Assembly (NCBI GenBank): GCA_965203485.1
Contig: OZ241892.1
Location: 224,001 to 288,000 of the forward strand
DNA: 64,000 nucleotides
Origin: Longimicrobiales bacterium
GTDB lineage: Bacteria > Gemmatimonadota > Gemmatimonadetes > Longimicrobiales > Gaopeijiaceae
Direction of reading: 5' to 3'
Below are positions 61,571 through 64,000 of the stretch, one piece after another (the first letter of the stretch is position 1; each line of letters begins with the position of its first letter). The translations under genes and the position numbers were made by a program. The notes under the pieces are model-generated. The model was not told where the DNA came from and searched no databases. It worked only from the letters and a program-made list of their open reading frames with translations.

Positions 61571-64000
61571 TCATTCGTCTTCCAGCACGATCCTGACCTT
61601 GCCCGGATCCCTCCCCCCAACCTGTTCCTCCAACCAGCCGGCCAGCCGCTTCACCATGTCGGACGGCGTCGAGGGCGCACCGTCGGGAGCCAGGGCGGCG
61701 CACAGCTCGGCCGGCCTCACCGACACCTTCTCGAGCCTCGCCAGCGCCTCGGCCAGGGCGTCGATCAGCTCCTGCTTCGGGTCCTGCGCCAGCCGGCCGC
61801 TGGCCACGAACCGATCCACGAGCGCCTTGGCCGCCGGCTCCAGCAGCTTCAAGCTCTCCTGGGCGGTGGGGTCGGCCAGGTTCTCCAACAGCGTGTCGGC
61901 CCAACGCGCCAGCATTCGGTCCGCCTCCTGGTCGAGAGCGTCCAGCACGGATTGCGCCGACGGCCCTGTCGAGTCCTCGACGCCCAGGCGGAAGCCGCAG
62001 TGGCCGCACGCCGGCGCGGCGCGCAGTTCGGACTCCATGAGAGCCGTGCACGAGGCCAGCCCCTCCAGCCGCTCCCGGTAGTCGTCCAGTTGCCGCTTGG
62101 GCAGGATGTCGATTGCGCACAACTTGGCCAGCCCCTTGAGCCGGGCGCTCGCCAGCAGACGCCGCCTCTGCTCCTCGCCGGCCGCTCCCAGGCGGTGCTT
62201 CGCATGGGCCGCCAAGTAGATGCGCGTGTACTCGCCCTTGAGGTCGCGCAGGTCTCGGTCGGCTTTGCGACGGAACTCGGCGGAACGACGCATCTTGGGA
62301 TCGGCGAAGCGGGCCAACACGTCCCGCCGGACCTTCCCCGCCCGAACAGCCCATCCGTGCTCCGACGGCAGTCCCGCCAGCGCGGCCGTCAAGTAGGACG
62401 CCAGCGGGTCCAAGCTGGTCCGCAGCTTGTTCAGCGCGTCGACCTCCTCCAAGCACGCGATGCCCGCACCGTGGGACTCCACCTCGTCGGCGGAGTGGCG
62501 GAAGTTCTTCAGCTTGCCGGGCGTCGTGTACGCCTGAAGGGACTCCAGGAACGCCTTCGTCCCCTTCATGCCTTCGCGGAGCCGCTGGGCTTCGTCGTCC
62601 GCCAGCAGGGGCGCGCCCCAGAACGGAAGCCCCTCTTGAACCAAGTGCGCGCCCTTGGCCAGCCGCTGCACCACCTCCGTCAGCTTCTCCTGCAGTTGCT
62701 GGACCGCCGCCTGCTGGCCCTGCGTCGCCAACCGAGCCGTACCGGGCTGCAAGCCGACCAGCTCGCACAAGGCGGTCAACGCCGGCAGGTTCCACTCCTT
62801 CGGCGCCTTGTAGTGCTTGAAGTCGACCAGCTCCTTGATCGGGCGCTTCGCCATCTCGGGAAGGCCGACCGCGTCGAACACCGCTCCCGGCACCGCCACC
62901 ACGACATGGCCAGAGTGCACAAGGGCCGCCAGCACGACCACCACCCACTCGGGCTCCAACCGCTGGTCGTTCTTGTCCATGTACTCCACGCCGCGATCCA
63001 CTTCGACGATCTCGCTCCGGTTCACGACCTGCCCGTGCCCCTTCCGCTCCAGCAGATCCAGCACGTGTCCGGCGTAGGGCGAGCCGGAGGGCTCGATGCG
63101 GTCGCCGTCCAGCAGCCCCAGCGCGTCCAGCACGGCGGTGGCCTGGGCGGTCGGGCGCTTGCCGGCCACGACCTGCAGGGCGTCTCGGGCCGCCTGCTCC
63201 CGGCTCTGGTCCGTCACCACCACCGAGAAGCGGGGGTACCCAGGCGCTTGGTCCGCAAAGCGAGGCGAAAGGCAGAGGCCCGCCACCGCGTTGACGAACC
63301 CGCGGAAGTCGACCACTTCGTCGGGGCGAAGGCCCGCGACCTCGCGCACCGACTTCTCCTTGCTCCACTCGACCAGCCTTCGAGCGCGGCCCCGGTACGT
63401 GCCCTGGAAGGCGTCGATCATGTTCTCGCGAAGCCACTTCACGATCTCGCGCAGGAAGCCGTCCGCCTTCTCCTGGTAGGTCTTCTTGGCGTGCCCCGAC
63501 GATGTCAGCGCCAAGTCCGCCGCTGCGGCGTAGCTTGTCAACGCCTCGTCGAACGTCTTGTCGCGGCGGTTCAGTCGCACGAACACCTCGTCGGGCTTCT
63601 GCTCGTCCTTGAACCGGGGCGGCTCGTAGGGCTGGATGAAGTACAGGTAGAAGTCCCTCGGAGGCACGGCGGTGGAACGCTCGTTGGGCGCCCCGAAGAA
63701 CAAGTAGCCCCGCCTCGACGCCTTCCGGTCCGGCCAGACCAGCTCGTGTTCCCAAATCTGGTAGCCGGTGACGTAGGTTTGGTCGGTGCACTCCATGATC
63801 CGGCGGAGCGCGTCGTAGTAGTAGCGGTCCAGCTTGGAGGCGTCCAACGTCTCGGCGCGCGCCTCGATCAAGGCGTCGTAGTCGTCGGTCTTCTTCAGGT
63901 CCAGGTAGTACTGGCCGTTGTCGGGGTTCGACGAGACGAACTGGCCGCTCACCGTCTTGTATATCTCGTGCAGGACGGCTTCGACCTGGGTCAGGAGGTC
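61571..64000 (-). CDS. brxC: BREX type 3 BrxC/PglY ATPase (DUF6079-like), C-terminal part; start lies beyond the window
   Basis: SGQFVS.N.DNGQYYLDLKK..DYD, GYLFFGAPNERSTAVPPRDFY, LEPEWVVVVLAALV..G, CGHCGF, KVRIVLE; context with pglXI/pglZ/brxA. Confidence 0.85.
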   Translation of the reverse strand, partial: DLLTQVEAVLHEIYKTVSGQFVSSNPDNGQYYLDLKKTDDYDALIEARAETLDASKLDRYYYDALRRIMECTDQTYVTGYQIWEHELVWPDRKASRRGYLFFGAPNERSTAVPPRDFYLYFIQPYEPPRFKDEQKPDEVFVRLNRRDKTFDEALTSYAAAADLALTSSGHAKKTYQEKADGFLREIVKWLRENMIDAFQGTYRGRARRLVEWSKEKSVREVAGLRPDEVVDFRGFVNAVAGLCLSPRFADQAPGYPRFSVVVTDQSREQAARDALQVVAGKRPTAQATAVLDALGLLDGDRIEPSGSPYAGHVLDLLERKGHGQVVNRSEIVEVDRGVEYMDKNDQRLEPEWVVVVLAALVHSGHVVVAVPGAVFDAVGLPEMAKRPIKELVDFKHYKAPKEWNLPALTALCELVGLQPGTARLATQGQQAAVQQLQEKLTEVVQRLAKGAHLVQEGLPFWGAPLLADDEAQRLREGMKGTKAFLESLQAYTTPGKLKNFRHSADEVESHGAGIACLEEVDALNKLRTSLDPLASYLTAALAGLPSEHGWAVRAGKVRRDVLARFADPKMRRSAEFRRKADRDLRDLKGEYTRIYLAAHAKHRLGAAGEEQRRRLLASARLKGLAKLCAIDILPKRQLDDYRERLEGLASCTALMESELRAAPACGHCGFRLGVEDSTGPSAQSVLDALDQEADRMLARWADTLLENLADPTAQESLKLLEPAAKALVDRFVASGRLAQDPKQELIDALAEALARLEKVSVRPAELCAALAPDGAPSTPSDMVKRLAGWLEEQVGGRDPGKVRIVLEDE

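Overview
High-GC bacterial DNA. The gene content (beta-propeller lipoproteins, TonB receptor, Gld-type ABC system) is compatible with Gemmatimonadota, but that is inference only. Two housekeeping blocks are present. The first (1-14.4 kb) holds the thiC 5' end, an M14 peptidase, split aconitase X, type III glutamine synthetase and a multicopper oxidase cluster. The second (22.9-33 kb) holds a TonB receptor, GldA/FG/DUF4340 and a GMC oxidoreductase pair. They alternate with two defence islands. Island 1 (~14.5-22.9 kb) carries an ABC-type ATPase + DUF4276 pair, a decayed Phd/VapC module, a type IIG RM::DUF5131 deletion chimera, and an intact TIR / double-TIR / stand-alone SLOG operon that is Thoeris-like but has no SIR2 or TM effector. 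Island 2 (33.1 kb to the window end) carries Fic, a shattered type III mod gene with a HEPN-motif gene inside it, and a type 3 BREX locus (brxC, pglXI ... pglZ, brxA). In that locus the brxHII position is occupied by ~17 kb of cargo: HEPN and HNH genes, nested IS21/IS5/IS1182-like elements, and a translationally coupled 5mC-methyltransferase + ParB-like NTPase + PD-(D/E)XK-like nuclease triplet. The triplet and the TIR-TIR-SLOG operon are the best candidates for uncharacterised systems. All family calls come from reading motifs by eye; no database search was run.
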